Of a stretch of DNA of 64,000 nucleotides, positions 1 to 8,526 are shown piece after piece. The notes under the pieces were generated by a model. It ran no database searches and was not told where the DNA came from. It saw only the letters and a list, made by a program, of their open reading frames with translations. Source of the DNA: an uncultured Chloroflexota bacterium (GTDB lineage: Bacteria > Chloroflexota > UBA6077 > CF-72); the NCBI GenBank assembly GCA_964435115.1, contig CAYSYM010000005.1, positions 7,134-71,133 on the forward strand, given 5' to 3'. Made by a program: the position numbers and the translations under genes. Each line of letters opens with the position of its first letter. The stretch's first letter is position 1.

Positions 1-779
1 TCCTCGGCCTCGGCGCCTCCGGCCCGCAGGTCGTCGAAGGCTGGCACGGCGTCACCTTCGACCGACCGCTCCAGCGCACCCGGGAGATCATTCAGATCTG
101 CCGGCGCGCCTGGCGGCGCGAGGTGCTCGCCTACCGAGGAGACTGCTTCACCCTGCCGCTGCCACGCGAGCGGGGCACCGGGCTGGGCAAGCCCCTGAAG
201 CTCCTGGCCCACCCCGTGCGGGACCGCATCCCCATCTACGTGGCCGCGCTCGGCGCGAAGAATGTGGAGCTCGCGGCCGAGCTCGCAGATGGGTGGCTGC
301 CGCTCTTCTACGTCCCCGAGAAGGCGCAGCACGTCTGGGGCAACGCGCTCGCGCGCGGCGCGGCGAAGCGAGCGGCCGAACTGGCGCCGCTGGAGGTGGT
401 AGCCGGCGGGATGGTGGCCATCGGCGAGGGGCTGGAGCTCCTGCGCGAGCTGGGCCGCCCCCAGCTTGCCCTGTACGTCGGCGGCATGGGGGCGAGAGGG
501 CAGAACTTCTACAACGCGCTGGTGCGCCGCTACGGCTGGGAGCAGGAGGCCCAGCACATCCAGGAGCTGTACCTGGACGGTAGGAAGCGCGAGGCGGCGG
601 CCGCCGTGCCGGCGCAGCTGCTGGAAGCCACCTGCCTGGTCGGCCCCCCGGCGTACGTGAGGGAGCGGGTCCATGCCTACCGGGCCTCAGGCGTGACCGT
701 GCTCAACGTCTCGCTGGTGGGCCCCGATCCCGAGCGCACCGTCGCGCAGCTCAGGGAGTGGCTCGACGAGCCTCTGTGA
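1..779 (+). CDS. LLM-class (luciferase-like) F420-dependent oxidoreductase, C-terminal part; gene starts left of the window
   Basis: Frame 3 reads LGLGASGPQVVEGWHGVTFDRPLQRTREIIQICRRAW... and continues into the listed ORF 123..779. This is the typical C-terminal region of luciferase-like monooxygenases. Stop codon at 779. Confidence 0.7.
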   Translation, partial: LGLGASGPQVVEGWHGVTFDRPLQRTREIIQICRRAWRREVLAYRGDCFTLPLPRERGTGLGKPLKLLAHPVRDRIPIYVAALGAKNVELAAELADGWLPLFYVPEKAQHVWGNALARGAAKRAAELAPLEVVAGGMVAIGEGLELLRELGRPQLALYVGGMGARGQNFYNALVRRYGWEQEAQHIQELYLDGRKREAAAAVPAQLLEATCLVGPPAYVRERVHAYRASGVTVLNVSLVGPDPERTVAQLREWLDEPL

Positions 780-823
780 GCGGGACGGCCGGCCAAGCCT
801 CTGCCGAGGGGCGTGCCGAGCGC

Positions 824-1981
824 TCAGAGCAGCGTGGCCACGTAGCTGTTCCAGGCGTAGCCGGTCCGCCAGGGGAACGGCACGTGGCCGAAGTCGGCCG
901 CCTCAGGGTTGGTGGCGATGTACTCGTGGAGGGTGTTGGCGACGCGGGTCTCGGCCGCGATGCGGGCGCGGAAGAGCGCCTCCGCCTCGGCCACGCCGTG
1001 CTGACCCGCGGTGTGCAGGGCAATGGCGTCGTACAGGAGCCAGCTCCCGCCGTTGTGGTAGAAGCCGGGCCAGTTGTCCGGCGCGGGGGAGAACCACTCG
1101 GCGGGCATATAGGAGCCGTCGAGCTGCGTGGCCACGGGAAAGCCGAGGAACGCGCCGTCGGCGAAGTACACCTTTCGGAACGCCCGCACGGTCCCGGCCA
1201 CGATCTCGTCGGTCAGGAGCGGCCGATCGAACAGGCGCAGGCTGAGGTGCTCGCCGACGAGGCAGCTCACGTCGAGCAGCGTCGTCCCGGCCGAGAGCGT
1301 CATGGTGCCGAGGTCGCGTCGGTACAACCAGGCATAGGCTGCTTCGGCCCGCTCGAGGAGGCCGGGCGGGAGCGGCCAGCCCAGCTCCGCCAGGGCGCGC
1401 AGCGCCACGGCCGTGACGCCCTGGGAGTAGGCGACGGTATCGCGGCGGGCGAGCTGGAGCGTGTCGAGCCACCAGGTGTAGTTGCCCGGCCCGGCCCGGA
1501 CCCGCCCGGACGGAGCCGTCTTGGCGAGGAGGTACGTGGCGGCCCGCTCCAGGGGTGCGCGGTCGAGCGGGATGCCGGCGCGCTTCAGATCCAGGCTCAG
1601 GAGGACGAAGAGCGCTGTCGCCTCGTCGTCGGCTGCGGCCTGGGCCTCGTCCAGGCTGGTCAGCGCTGTCGGCACCTGCCCGGTGCGGGGGTCCTGCCGG
1701 CGGGCAAAGCGCTGCCACGTCCCGAGCTGCAGCCCCCGGTCGGCCAGGATGGGCAGCGTCCAGTAGGCGTCGCGCATCCAGGTGCCGCTGTAGGCGCGGG
1801 ATGGGACGGGCCGGCCGTCGACAACGTTCGCCCGCGCGATCTGCAGGGAGAGGGAGCGGAAGCCGTCGAACGCCACGTCGGCTTCCACGGCCGCCCGGGC
1901 GGCCCGCGCCAGCGGGGGGGCGAGCGACCAGAGGGTGCTCGCGCCGGCCAGCGCGAGCAGGCGGCGTCGGGATAGGAGCAC
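824..1981 (-). CDS. Tat-secreted (alpha/alpha)6 six-hairpin glycosidase-like protein (GDE_C/GH63/GH100-type fold)
   Basis: ORF 824..2134. An in-frame GTG at 1981 gives MLLSRRRLLALAGASTLWSLAPPLARA, a twin-arginine signal. A downstream YHNGGSWLLYDAIAL motif is typical of six-hairpin glycoside hydrolases. The start at 1981 instead of 2134 removes the overlap with the + ORF at 2089. Confidence 0.5.
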   Translation of the reverse strand: MLLSRRRLLALAGASTLWSLAPPLARAARAAVEADVAFDGFRSLSLQIARANVVDGRPVPSRAYSGTWMRDAYWTLPILADRGLQLGTWQRFARRQDPRTGQVPTALTSLDEAQAAADDEATALFVLLSLDLKRAGIPLDRAPLERAATYLLAKTAPSGRVRAGPGNYTWWLDTLQLARRDTVAYSQGVTAVALRALAELGWPLPPGLLERAEAAYAWLYRRDLGTMTLSAGTTLLDVSCLVGEHLSLRLFDRPLLTDEIVAGTVRAFRKVYFADGAFLGFPVATQLDGSYMPAEWFSPAPDNWPGFYHNGGSWLLYDAIALHTAGQHGVAEAEALFRARIAAETRVANTLHEYIATNPEAADFGHVPFPWRTGYAWNSYVATLL

Positions 1982-2088
1982 GCGGCGGATTCTAGTGGCC
2001 CCGGTCGGCGCGCCAAACTCCCCCGCCGCCGGCGTCGCCGCGACCACCCCGGCGGTCCGATCGGCGGCCCAGGCCCTACCCTCTGGGC

Positions 2089-2523
2089 ATGCCGAAGCCC
2101 CGCTACCACGCGGCCGTCTCCCTGGGACTCGCAACGGTCGTGGTCGCCCGCACCGGGCGCTGGCGCGACGCCGTGCCGGTTCTGGTGGCCGGCGTCCTGG
2201 TCGACGTGGACCACCTGGTGGACCTGGTGGTGCACCGCCTGCGCGCGCAGGGACCGCCCGGGCACGTCATCCTCCCGCTGCACGCCTGGGAGTGGGTCTT
2301 CGCCCTGCTTGCCAGGCGGACGCGCACGACGGACGGCCTGGCCGGCGGACTGGCGGTGCACCTGGCGCTGGACCAGGCGAACCGGGCCGTGCGCCACCCG
2401 TGCTTCTACTGGCTGGCGGTCCGGGCGGTCCACCGGTTCCGCGCCCGGGAGCCGCTCCTCCACCGCGACCGGTTCGAGCGTGGGGCACGCTGGATGTGGC
2501 GTGGCCCGCACGAGTGGGTCTGA
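2089..2523 (+). CDS. hypothetical protein (possibly a DUF457-like membrane-bound metal-dependent hydrolase)
   Basis: 144-aa ORF with a hydrophobic N-terminus and a VDVDHLVDL motif. No strong family signature. It may be a GC-frame artefact. Confidence 0.3.
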   Translation: MPKPRYHAAVSLGLATVVVARTGRWRDAVPVLVAGVLVDVDHLVDLVVHRLRAQGPPGHVILPLHAWEWVFALLARRTRTTDGLAGGLAVHLALDQANRAVRHPCFYWLAVRAVHRFRAREPLLHRDRFERGARWMWRGPHEWV

Positions 2524-2612
2524 GCAGAATGCGCTGTGGCGCGCCGAACTCCGCCCGTCGGCCGCCGCTACGCCAATTCGAGCCCTGTCTGAGTCGGCCG
2601 GGTGGGCTGCCC

Positions 2613-4076
2613 TCAGGGCGCAGCGCTCCTGCTGCGGCCGGGGAAGAGCGGTTTCAGCGCGGGGTAGGCCGCGCGGTACAGGCGGAACAGCTCGTCGTAG
2701 ACGGTGCGGTTCGCGGGATCGGGTGCCAGGGTTTCGGCAACCTCGACCATGGCCTCGCCAGCGCTGACGAGGTCCGGGTAGAAGCCGGCGCCGATCGCCG
2801 CGTAGATGGCGTCGCCCATGAGCGCGACCTCGGTCAGGCGCGGGATGGAGACGGCGGACCCGGTCACGTCGGCCTTGACCTGGTTCCAGAAGCGACTCTG
2901 GGCCTGGCGGCCGCAGATGCGCAGCTCGTCGATCCTCCCGCCGGCGGCGGTGATCGTCTCCGCCAGCAAGCGCAGCGAGTAGCCGCTACTCTCGACGACC
3001 GCGCGCGCCAGGTGCGTTGGCCCGTGGTTGAACGTGAGTCCCAGGAACGCGGCGCGGGCGTGCGGGTCCCAGAGCGGGGCGCGCTCGCCGGCCAGGAAGG
3101 GGAGGAAGAGGACCCGCCCGCTGCCTGGTGGCGCCTGCTCGGCCAGGGTGAGCGCGAGCGCCGGGTCGCCCTGCGCGGCGATGGCGGCCCACCAGTCGAC
3201 CGCCCGTCCACCGGCGGCGAAGGCGCCGCCGACGATGCTGGTGCGAGGGGTGAGCCCAGGCCAGCAGTCCAGGCCCGGCCCCGCCAGCGGCCCCTCCCAG
3301 CAGAGCGCCAGGCCGCCCGCCGCCCCGCCCGGATCGGTCGCGCGGCCGACCACGCTCCCCGCGGCCCCGACGATGCTGCCGATGCCGTCGTTCACCCCGC
3401 CCACGATGGGAATGCCCGGCGGCAGCCCGGCCTCCTCGGCCCAGGCGCCGCACGTCTCGGCGTAGCGCGCGCCGGCGTCGACGTGGGGCGGGATGAGCGG
3501 CGAGTCGAGCAGGTCGGCCGCCTCCAGCCAGGTAGACGGCCAGACGCGGTCCCCGGCGAAGGTGGAGGCCGCGGCGGCGCGGGCCCCGCCCAGCCGGAAG
3601 CCGACGAAGTCCCACGCCTGCAGCGCCCAGCGGGTCCGGGCCAGGCTGTCCGGTTCGTGCTCGGCCACCCAGGCCAGCCGAGGCGCCAGCGAGTAGGACA
3701 CGCGGTTGGTCCCGCCACGAGCGGCCAGGCGGGCGCTCTGCCGTTCCGAGCGGGTGTCCATCCACGAGATGGCCCGGCGGGTGGGGCAGCCGGCCTCGTC
3801 GACCAGCACGAGGGTGGGTCCATTGCCCCCGACGCAGAGCGAGCGGAGGTCGCGCGCGCCGTGCTCCTGGAGCACGCTCCGCACCACGTCGCGCACCGCG
3901 GCCCACCACAGCTCCGGGTCCTGCTCGGCACGCCCGTCCTGCAGTGACCGCTCGATCGGGTAGCTCCGGCGTGCCAGACGCACGAGTCGGCCATCGCAGG
4001 CGAACAGGCCCGCCTTGACCGAGAGCGTCCCCAGGTCGATGCCCAGCAGCTCGCCCGTTACACGCGCTGGCCGCAT
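2613..4076 (-). CDS. FGGY-family carbohydrate kinase (xylulokinase/glycerol-kinase-like)
   Basis: The N-terminal LGIDLGTLSVKAGLF actin-fold ATPase motif and the length (487 aa) fit FGGY kinases. Confidence 0.8.
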   Translation of the reverse strand: MRPARVTGELLGIDLGTLSVKAGLFACDGRLVRLARRSYPIERSLQDGRAEQDPELWWAAVRDVVRSVLQEHGARDLRSLCVGGNGPTLVLVDEAGCPTRRAISWMDTRSERQSARLAARGGTNRVSYSLAPRLAWVAEHEPDSLARTRWALQAWDFVGFRLGGARAAAASTFAGDRVWPSTWLEAADLLDSPLIPPHVDAGARYAETCGAWAEEAGLPPGIPIVGGVNDGIGSIVGAAGSVVGRATDPGGAAGGLALCWEGPLAGPGLDCWPGLTPRTSIVGGAFAAGGRAVDWWAAIAAQGDPALALTLAEQAPPGSGRVLFLPFLAGERAPLWDPHARAAFLGLTFNHGPTHLARAVVESSGYSLRLLAETITAAGGRIDELRICGRQAQSRFWNQVKADVTGSAVSIPRLTEVALMGDAIYAAIGAGFYPDLVSAGEAMVEVAETLAPDPANRTVYDELFRLYRAAYPALKPLFPGRSRSAAP

Positions 4077-4324
4077 GGGAGTGCGTGTCCAGAACTATCC
4101 GCAAAGCAGGCGGTGATGTCGAGCGCGCCGTCCTCGGCCACCGTACGGGCGTCCACCGGGCCCGTGAAGAGGGCGCGCTTGGCCTGGTTCTCGATCGTGC
4201 CGGCCTGGGCCTGCTCGGCGCTCGAGACCTGGCAGTACACGGCCGCGCGGTGCGGCTTGCCCGTGCGGTCCAAGGATCCGGCCACGGCGTGGAGGACGCC
4301 TCGGGCATCGGTTGTACTCACCAT
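4058..4324 (-). CDS. small ORF resembling the N-terminal catalytic motif of a serine recombinase; probable truncated remnant
   Basis: AAVYCQVSSAEQAQAGTIENQ matches the serine-recombinase Y-x-R-V-S-x-x-Q ... E-x-Q catalytic N-terminus. It ends after 88 aa and overlaps the FGGY kinase start. A good RBS (GGAGAGGA) lies 9 nt before the ATG at 4324. It sits directly downstream of vapC. Confidence 0.3.
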   Translation of the reverse strand: MVSTTDARGVLHAVAGSLDRTGKPHRAAVYCQVSSAEQAQAGTIENQAKRALFTGPVDARTVAEDGALDITACFADSSGHALPCGQRV

Positions 4325-4346
4325 GGCGGGTTTCCTCTCCCCGTCC

Positions 4347-4775
4347 TCACGTCCCGTAGTCGGCGAGCCAGCGGACGAAGGGTAGCCGGCCGCCGAGGGC
4401 GCGCAGCAGCCGCTGGTCGGCCGTCCAGAACGTCGCCCCGAGCAGCTCGGCCAGGGCGACGTAGTGCGCGTCGTAGACCGCGGGCAGGTTGTGCTCGTCC
4501 GCCAGCACCAGCGCGCGGTCGTAGAGCGTCTCCGGCGCCTGGAGGCTGATTGGCACCGCGAGGAACTGCGCCAGCAGGCCGCGGGCTTCGTCGAGCTGCA
4601 CCTGCCCCTGGTGCAGCCGCTGGCGGATGACGTTGGCGACCTCGCTGGGCAGCAGCGGCGGCGCGACGAGCGGCTCCTGCTGCGCGAGCGCGTCGCGCAG
4701 CAGCGCCCGCGCCTCTCCTGAATACTCCTCCACGAAGGACCACTTCGCGGCGACCGACGAGTCGGGGCAGATCAT
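4347..4775 (-). CDS. vapC: type II toxin, PIN domain (VapC family)
   Basis: A D-S-S-V..KW..EE N-terminal PIN motif in a 142-aa protein. The 4-nt overlap with the upstream antitoxin gene is classic toxin-antitoxin module organisation. Confidence 0.75.
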   Translation of the reverse strand: MICPDSSVAAKWSFVEEYSGEARALLRDALAQQEPLVAPPLLPSEVANVIRQRLHQGQVQLDEARGLLAQFLAVPISLQAPETLYDRALVLADEHNLPAVYDAHYVALAELLGATFWTADQRLLRALGGRLPFVRWLADYGT

Positions 4776-5185
4776 TCCTCGACGGCCCGCATCAGGTCGC
4801 GGGTGCGCTCATCGCGGGACTGGTTGAGCAGCTCCCACGACTCGGGGGTGAGCTTGCCGTGCCTGGCGGCGATCGCGGCGCTGAGACGCTCGAGCTCGGC
4901 CAGGGCCTCGAGGCCCCGCCGCTGCTGCTCCTTCGTCAGCCGGGGAATCACGCGGTTAGTCTGGGCCATGCGTCCTCCGTGCGCCGCCCGCGCCGGGCGC
5001 GGGGCGATGAGCCGAGCTAGGTCGGATGGCTGCACGCCGATCCGCTTCTCGCCGAGGCGGTAGGCCGGCAGGCGCCCGCGGTCGATCCAGCGCCGAATGG
5101 TCGACGGATGGAGCGAGAGCTGCTCGGCGACTTGTCCCACCGAGAGATAGGCTTCCGAGACAGGCTGGCGTGCTTGCTTGCTCAT
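4772..5185 (-). CDS. antitoxin with an excisionase/MerR-type HTH DNA-binding domain (partner of VapC)
   Basis: Contains LSVGQVAEQLSLHPSTIRRWIDRGRLPAYRLGEKRIGVQPSDLARLI, a helix-turn-helix. The ATG (MSKQARQ...) at 5185 is preferred over the ORF-track start at 5248. The stop overlaps the vapC start. Confidence 0.6.
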   Translation of the reverse strand: MSKQARQPVSEAYLSVGQVAEQLSLHPSTIRRWIDRGRLPAYRLGEKRIGVQPSDLARLIAPRPARAAHGGRMAQTNRVIPRLTKEQQRRGLEALAELERLSAAIAARHGKLTPESWELLNQSRDERTRDLMRAVEE

Positions 5186-5190
5186 ATCTG

Positions 5191-5205
5191 AGCATATGCT
5201 AGCAT
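5191..5205. promoter_or_regulatory. alternating half-site palindrome AGCAT-ATGCT-AGCAT, putative TA-module operator
   Basis: Two overlapping perfect 10-bp palindromes (AGCATATGCT and ATGCTAGCAT) lie 6 bp upstream of the antitoxin start codon. The stretch is AT-rich in a 70% GC genome. Confidence 0.35.
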
Positions 5206-5435
5206 ACCTGCCGTCCGACGCCGCGGTCCGTCGGCTCGTCGCGGCCACGCTGGCCGGGTTGCACCCTCCGCGCTGAGCGGGTGAGAGGCCCGCCTACGCC
5301 CCGCGGGCAGCAGGGTGGTCGCGACGCCGGCCGGCCGACAGGCTCCGCGACGGCGGGAGGCCGCGGCCGATTGGCTGCCCGGTCCCGCTGCACCGCCGGG
5401 CGCCTGTCTGGAGGGGGAGCGGTGCGCCTACGCTC

Positions 5436-5488
5436 CTCTAACGCGCCTCTGGCATCACTCTAATGGCTCGTCAACGGGCCTCTAACGG
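5436..5488 (+). promoter_or_regulatory. three direct repeats CTCTAAYGG phased at exactly 22 bp upstream of hsp20
   Basis: The copies are CTCTAACG at 5436, CTCTAATGG at 5458 and CTCTAACGG at 5480. They lie 80-130 bp upstream of the hsp20 start. Confidence 0.35.
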
Positions 5489-5568
5489 CGCGCGCCGATG
5501 ATGTAAGTAACGGCGGGAGCGCCCAACCGCTCCCCCGCAACCCAACGCAGGAAGGAAGGGTGAGAGCG

Positions 5569-6039
5569 ATGGCTATCGACCTGTGGAAGACCCGTCCCTA
5601 CGCCGCGATGTCCACGTTGAGCCAGGCGGTGGACCGCTTGTTCGACCAGGCGTTCGCCCCGTTCTACGCCAGTATGGCCCGGGAGGACGGAGGCGCCGGA
5701 GTGCAGTCGTTGCCGGTCAACGTTTGGGAGACGAACGAGGCCTACCACGCAGCCCTGATGGCCCCTGGCCTGGATGAGCAGAGCATCAACATCACCGTCC
5801 ACGACGACACGCTGTCCATCGAGGGCGAGCTGCAGTTCCAGGTGCCCGAGGGCGCGAGGACCGTCTGGCAGGAGTTTGGCCCGGCCCGGTTCCGGCGCTC
5901 ACTGCGCCTGGGGTCAGCCGTAGACGCGGCGCGGGTTGAGGCGCTGTACAAGAACGGGCTGCTCCTGGTGACCATGCCGAAGGCCGAGCACGCGAAGCCG
6001 CGGCAGATCCCGGTCAAGGTGGGCACCGCCGGCACCTAG
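5569..6039 (+). CDS. Hsp20/alpha-crystallin family small heat-shock protein
   Basis: Alpha-crystallin-domain sequence (…VNVWETNEAYHAALMAPGLDEQSINITVHDDTLSIEGE…). The ATG at 5569 has AGGAAGGAAGGG 8 nt upstream. The ORF-track GTG at 5560 abuts that RBS. Confidence 0.85.
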   Translation: MAIDLWKTRPYAAMSTLSQAVDRLFDQAFAPFYASMAREDGGAGVQSLPVNVWETNEAYHAALMAPGLDEQSINITVHDDTLSIEGELQFQVPEGARTVWQEFGPARFRRSLRLGSAVDAARVEALYKNGLLLVTMPKAEHAKPRQIPVKVGTAGT

Positions 6040-6272
6040 GTTGAGCTTAAGCCCGTGGGCGGCGGCAGTCAGGCCGCCGCCCCGGTGTGGCCCGCGTGCG
6101 TGGCCGCCAGGAACGCGAGGCGCGCCGCGCTTCGGGACAGCGGGTGGCTGGGGCCGCCCGTGCGGGCGGCCCCAGCCCTGTGTGGAGCCTGGCTCGTGGG
6201 CCACGAGCGGCGGACCCGGCGTGCGCGGGACACGCGGGTCGGAGCGGGGTACGCTCCTGGCCGACCCTGCCT

Positions 6273-6854
6273 ATGCTTCGTGGACGTTCGCGCCCGCCGC
6301 GCCTGGACCTGCTCGCCGTTGGGGACCCGGCCGCGCGGGTTGTCGTGGGGCTGGGCAATGCCGAGCGCCGTTACGCCCACACGCGCCACAACGTGGGGGC
6401 GCGGAGCGTCGCCCGGGCCATGCAGCGGCTGGGGCTCCGCCCCGGCCGGGGCGCCAGCCCGCTCCCGGGCACGCGAGCCGGCTTCGTCCTGCCAGCGGGG
6501 TTCATGAACGAGAGCGGGGCAGCGGTGCGCCGTGCCGTCGAACGCTGGCGCCCGACGAGCCAGGGGCTGCTGGTTGTGCACGACGAGCTGGAGTTGCCGG
6601 TGGGCGCGCTGCGGGAGAAGGAGGGAGGCGGCCACGGGGGGCACAACGGGCTGCGCGACATCATCGCCGCGCTGGGGACGGGCGAGTTCAGGCGCCTCCG
6701 CATCGGCATCGGGCGCCCGCCGGGCCGCATGGACCCGGCTGACTTCGTGCTGGCGCCATTCCGGCCCGACGAGCGCGCCGCCATCGAGGCGGCCATCGAG
6801 GACGCGAGCGAGCGGGTTCTCGCCTTCGTGGAGGGCGGGCCGACGCCGCCGTGA
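6273..6854 (+). CDS. pth: peptidyl-tRNA hydrolase
   Basis: VVVGLGNAERRYAHTRHNVGARSV matches the Pth signature GLGNPG..Y..TRHN.G. The length from ATG 6273 is about 194 aa, and the N-terminal extension is uncertain. The longer ORF from 6087 is an upstream GC-frame extension. Confidence 0.8.
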   Translation: MLRGRSRPPRLDLLAVGDPAARVVVGLGNAERRYAHTRHNVGARSVARAMQRLGLRPGRGASPLPGTRAGFVLPAGFMNESGAAVRRAVERWRPTSQGLLVVHDELELPVGALREKEGGGHGGHNGLRDIIAALGTGEFRRLRIGIGRPPGRMDPADFVLAPFRPDERAAIEAAIEDASERVLAFVEGGPTPP

Positions 6855-6862
6855 GGGCAGGA

Positions 6863-7492
6863 TCAGCCCAGCAGGCTGGCGAGAGCGATGAGACCGAACC
6901 CGGCGATCGCGCCGCCCGAGACACGGTTGACGAGCCGGAGCGCCGCCGGCCGCAGGCGTGAGCGAAGGTGGCTGGTGAGCGTGCTCAACCCGAGCCACCA
7001 CAGGCTGGAGCCGACGAAGAGCCCGACGACGAGCCAGGTCGTGGCCAGACGAGCGCTCCCTGCCGGGACGACGCCGAGGCCGACGAAGATGGCGCCGAAG
7101 GCGAAGATCGTCAGTAGATTCGCCAGTGTGAGCAGCAGTGTCGATCCGTAGGCCGCAGCCAGACCGGCCACCTTCACCCGTGCCGCCTCGAGCGGCGGGA
7201 CCGTGAGGAACGCGCGCGCGCCGAGCTAGCACAGGAAAAGCCCACCGGCGAGCCGCAGCCACCGCGACTGGCTCACCAGGATGTCCGAGGCGAACGACAG
7301 CCCGAACGCGGCGACGGACCCGTAGGCGGCGTCGGCGGTCGCCGCGCCGAGCCCCGAGACGAAGCCGGCCAGGCGTCCCTCGGCCAGCGTGCGCCGGATA
7401 CACAGCAGGCCGATGGGGCCGACGGGCGCCGCGATGGAGAACCCGAGTTGGACGCCCTGGAGGAACAGGCCGGCGTCCACGGGGCGCGCCAC
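6863..7492 (-). pseudogene. LysE/RhtB-family amino-acid exporter interrupted by an in-frame TAG (amber) codon
   Basis: ORFs 7226..7492 and 6863..7177 are in the same frame, separated only by a TAG at 7228..7226. Read-through gives a 209-aa protein with LysE hallmarks (SIAAPVGPIGLLCIRRTL..G). The TAG sits where homologs have Tyr or Trp (…GGLFLC*LGRARF…). Confidence 0.65.
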
Positions 7493-7695
7493 CGAGCCCG
7501 CTCACCCGCCGACGAGCAGGGTGAGGAGGAAGATCCCGGCGAGCAGGGCCGTCAGCAGGGCGAGCCAGCCGATGACGAAGGCCGCCATGGAGGCGGCGCC
7601 GGGCCGCGTGCCAGGGCCGGCCAGCCGGCGGTGTGCCCAGAACCCGGCAGCGGCGGTGAACGCGGAGGCGAGGAAGAGCGCCGCGAACGTCGCGC

Positions 7696-8517
7696 TCAGA
7701 CGTGGTGCCCCGTCCGGAGGCGATCCCGCGCGCCGGCGTCCGCGCGCGCCGTCTCGGGGACACGGGAGTTAGCCGTGAGGGCGTGGGGGCCTTCGGGGCC
7801 GTCGAGCTGGTCCCCATGCTCCGCGGCGCGAGCGGCCTGCCGGCGGGCGCGGCGGCGGGCCGGGCGGTGGCGGTGGACGTAGTGGGCGAGGGCGAGCGTC
7901 GCCAGCATCACCAGCAGCCCGACCGCGGTGGTCAGCCCCTCCGGCACGACCTCGGTGCGCTTGATGACGTTGTCGCCCAGGAACATCTCGGCGCCGGTCC
8001 AGGCGATGACGCCGGCGCCCACGTAGGCCAGCCACCAGAGGCGGTTGATGAGCGCCGCGAAGAGGCTCCCGCCAATGAGGAGGATGGCCATGCTGAGGAT
8101 GAGGCCGAACAGGAGGAGGCCGACGTCGCCGCGCGAGGCGCCCGCCACGCCGAGGATGTTGTCCAGGCTCATGATGAAGTCGGCCAGGAGGATGGTGAAG
8201 ATGGCGGCGCGCATGGTGGCGGCCACCCTGACGCCCTCGGCGCTCTCCTCCTCTGCCTTGAGGAGCTTGAAGGCGATCCACAGGAGGAGGAGGCCGCCGA
8301 CCGCCTTGAGGGCGGGGAGGGTGAGGAGGAGGGCGGCGACGGCGGTGAGGGAGATGCGCAGGGCGATGGCGGCGCCGCCGCCGAAGAGGATGGCGAGCCG
8401 GCGCTGCCGGGGGGGCAGGCGGTGGGCGGCCATGCCGATGACCACGGCGTTGTCGCCGCTGAGCACCAGGTCGATGACGACGATGCTCAGGATCGCGGAC
8501 AGGCGTTCGAGCTCCAT
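7696..8517 (-). CDS. TerC-family integral membrane protein, copy 1
   Basis: MELERLSAILSIVVIDLVLSGDNAVVIGMAA... with a TerC DN-A-V motif pair (SGDNAVVIG / SLDNILGVAG). ATG at 8517 with a GGGGGAG RBS. The upstream in-frame extension to 9492 is an artefact. The first 236 aa are identical to copy 2. Confidence 0.75.
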   Translation of the reverse strand: MELERLSAILSIVVIDLVLSGDNAVVIGMAAHRLPPRQRRLAILFGGGAAIALRISLTAVAALLLTLPALKAVGGLLLLWIAFKLLKAEEESAEGVRVAATMRAAIFTILLADFIMSLDNILGVAGASRGDVGLLLFGLILSMAILLIGGSLFAALINRLWWLAYVGAGVIAWTGAEMFLGDNVIKRTEVVPEGLTTAVGLLVMLATLALAHYVHRHRPARRRARRQAARAAEHGDQLDGPEGPHALTANSRVPETARADAGARDRLRTGHHV

Positions 8518-8526
8518 GCGGGCGGG
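7818..8526. repeat. 709-bp direct repeat, copy 1 (identical to 12974..13682)
   Basis: Identity was confirmed at several interior 60-nt stretches (7861-7920, 8101-8160, 8401-8460) and across both junctions. The sequences diverge immediately outside both ends. Confidence 0.9.

Noticed and set aside
758-1975. Long alternative-frame ORFs throughout the window. Examples are 758..1975 +, 2986..4308 -, 6069..7817 -, 7702..9189 +, 11354..12964 -, 21157..23145 +, 23524..25149 -, 25709..27982 -, 28939..31434 +, 44509..47310 +, and many more.
   Set aside because: They overlap genes with clear family signatures on the other strand or frame, and their translations are Arg/Ala/Gly/Pro-rich low-complexity strings. 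These are typical stop-codon-poor artefacts of roughly 70% GC DNA.
4085-4549. 154-aa + strand ORF opposite the recombinase-like remnant and vapC
   Set aside because: An Arg/Ala/Gly-rich translation with no motifs. It lies antisense to two ORFs that have an RBS and family signatures.
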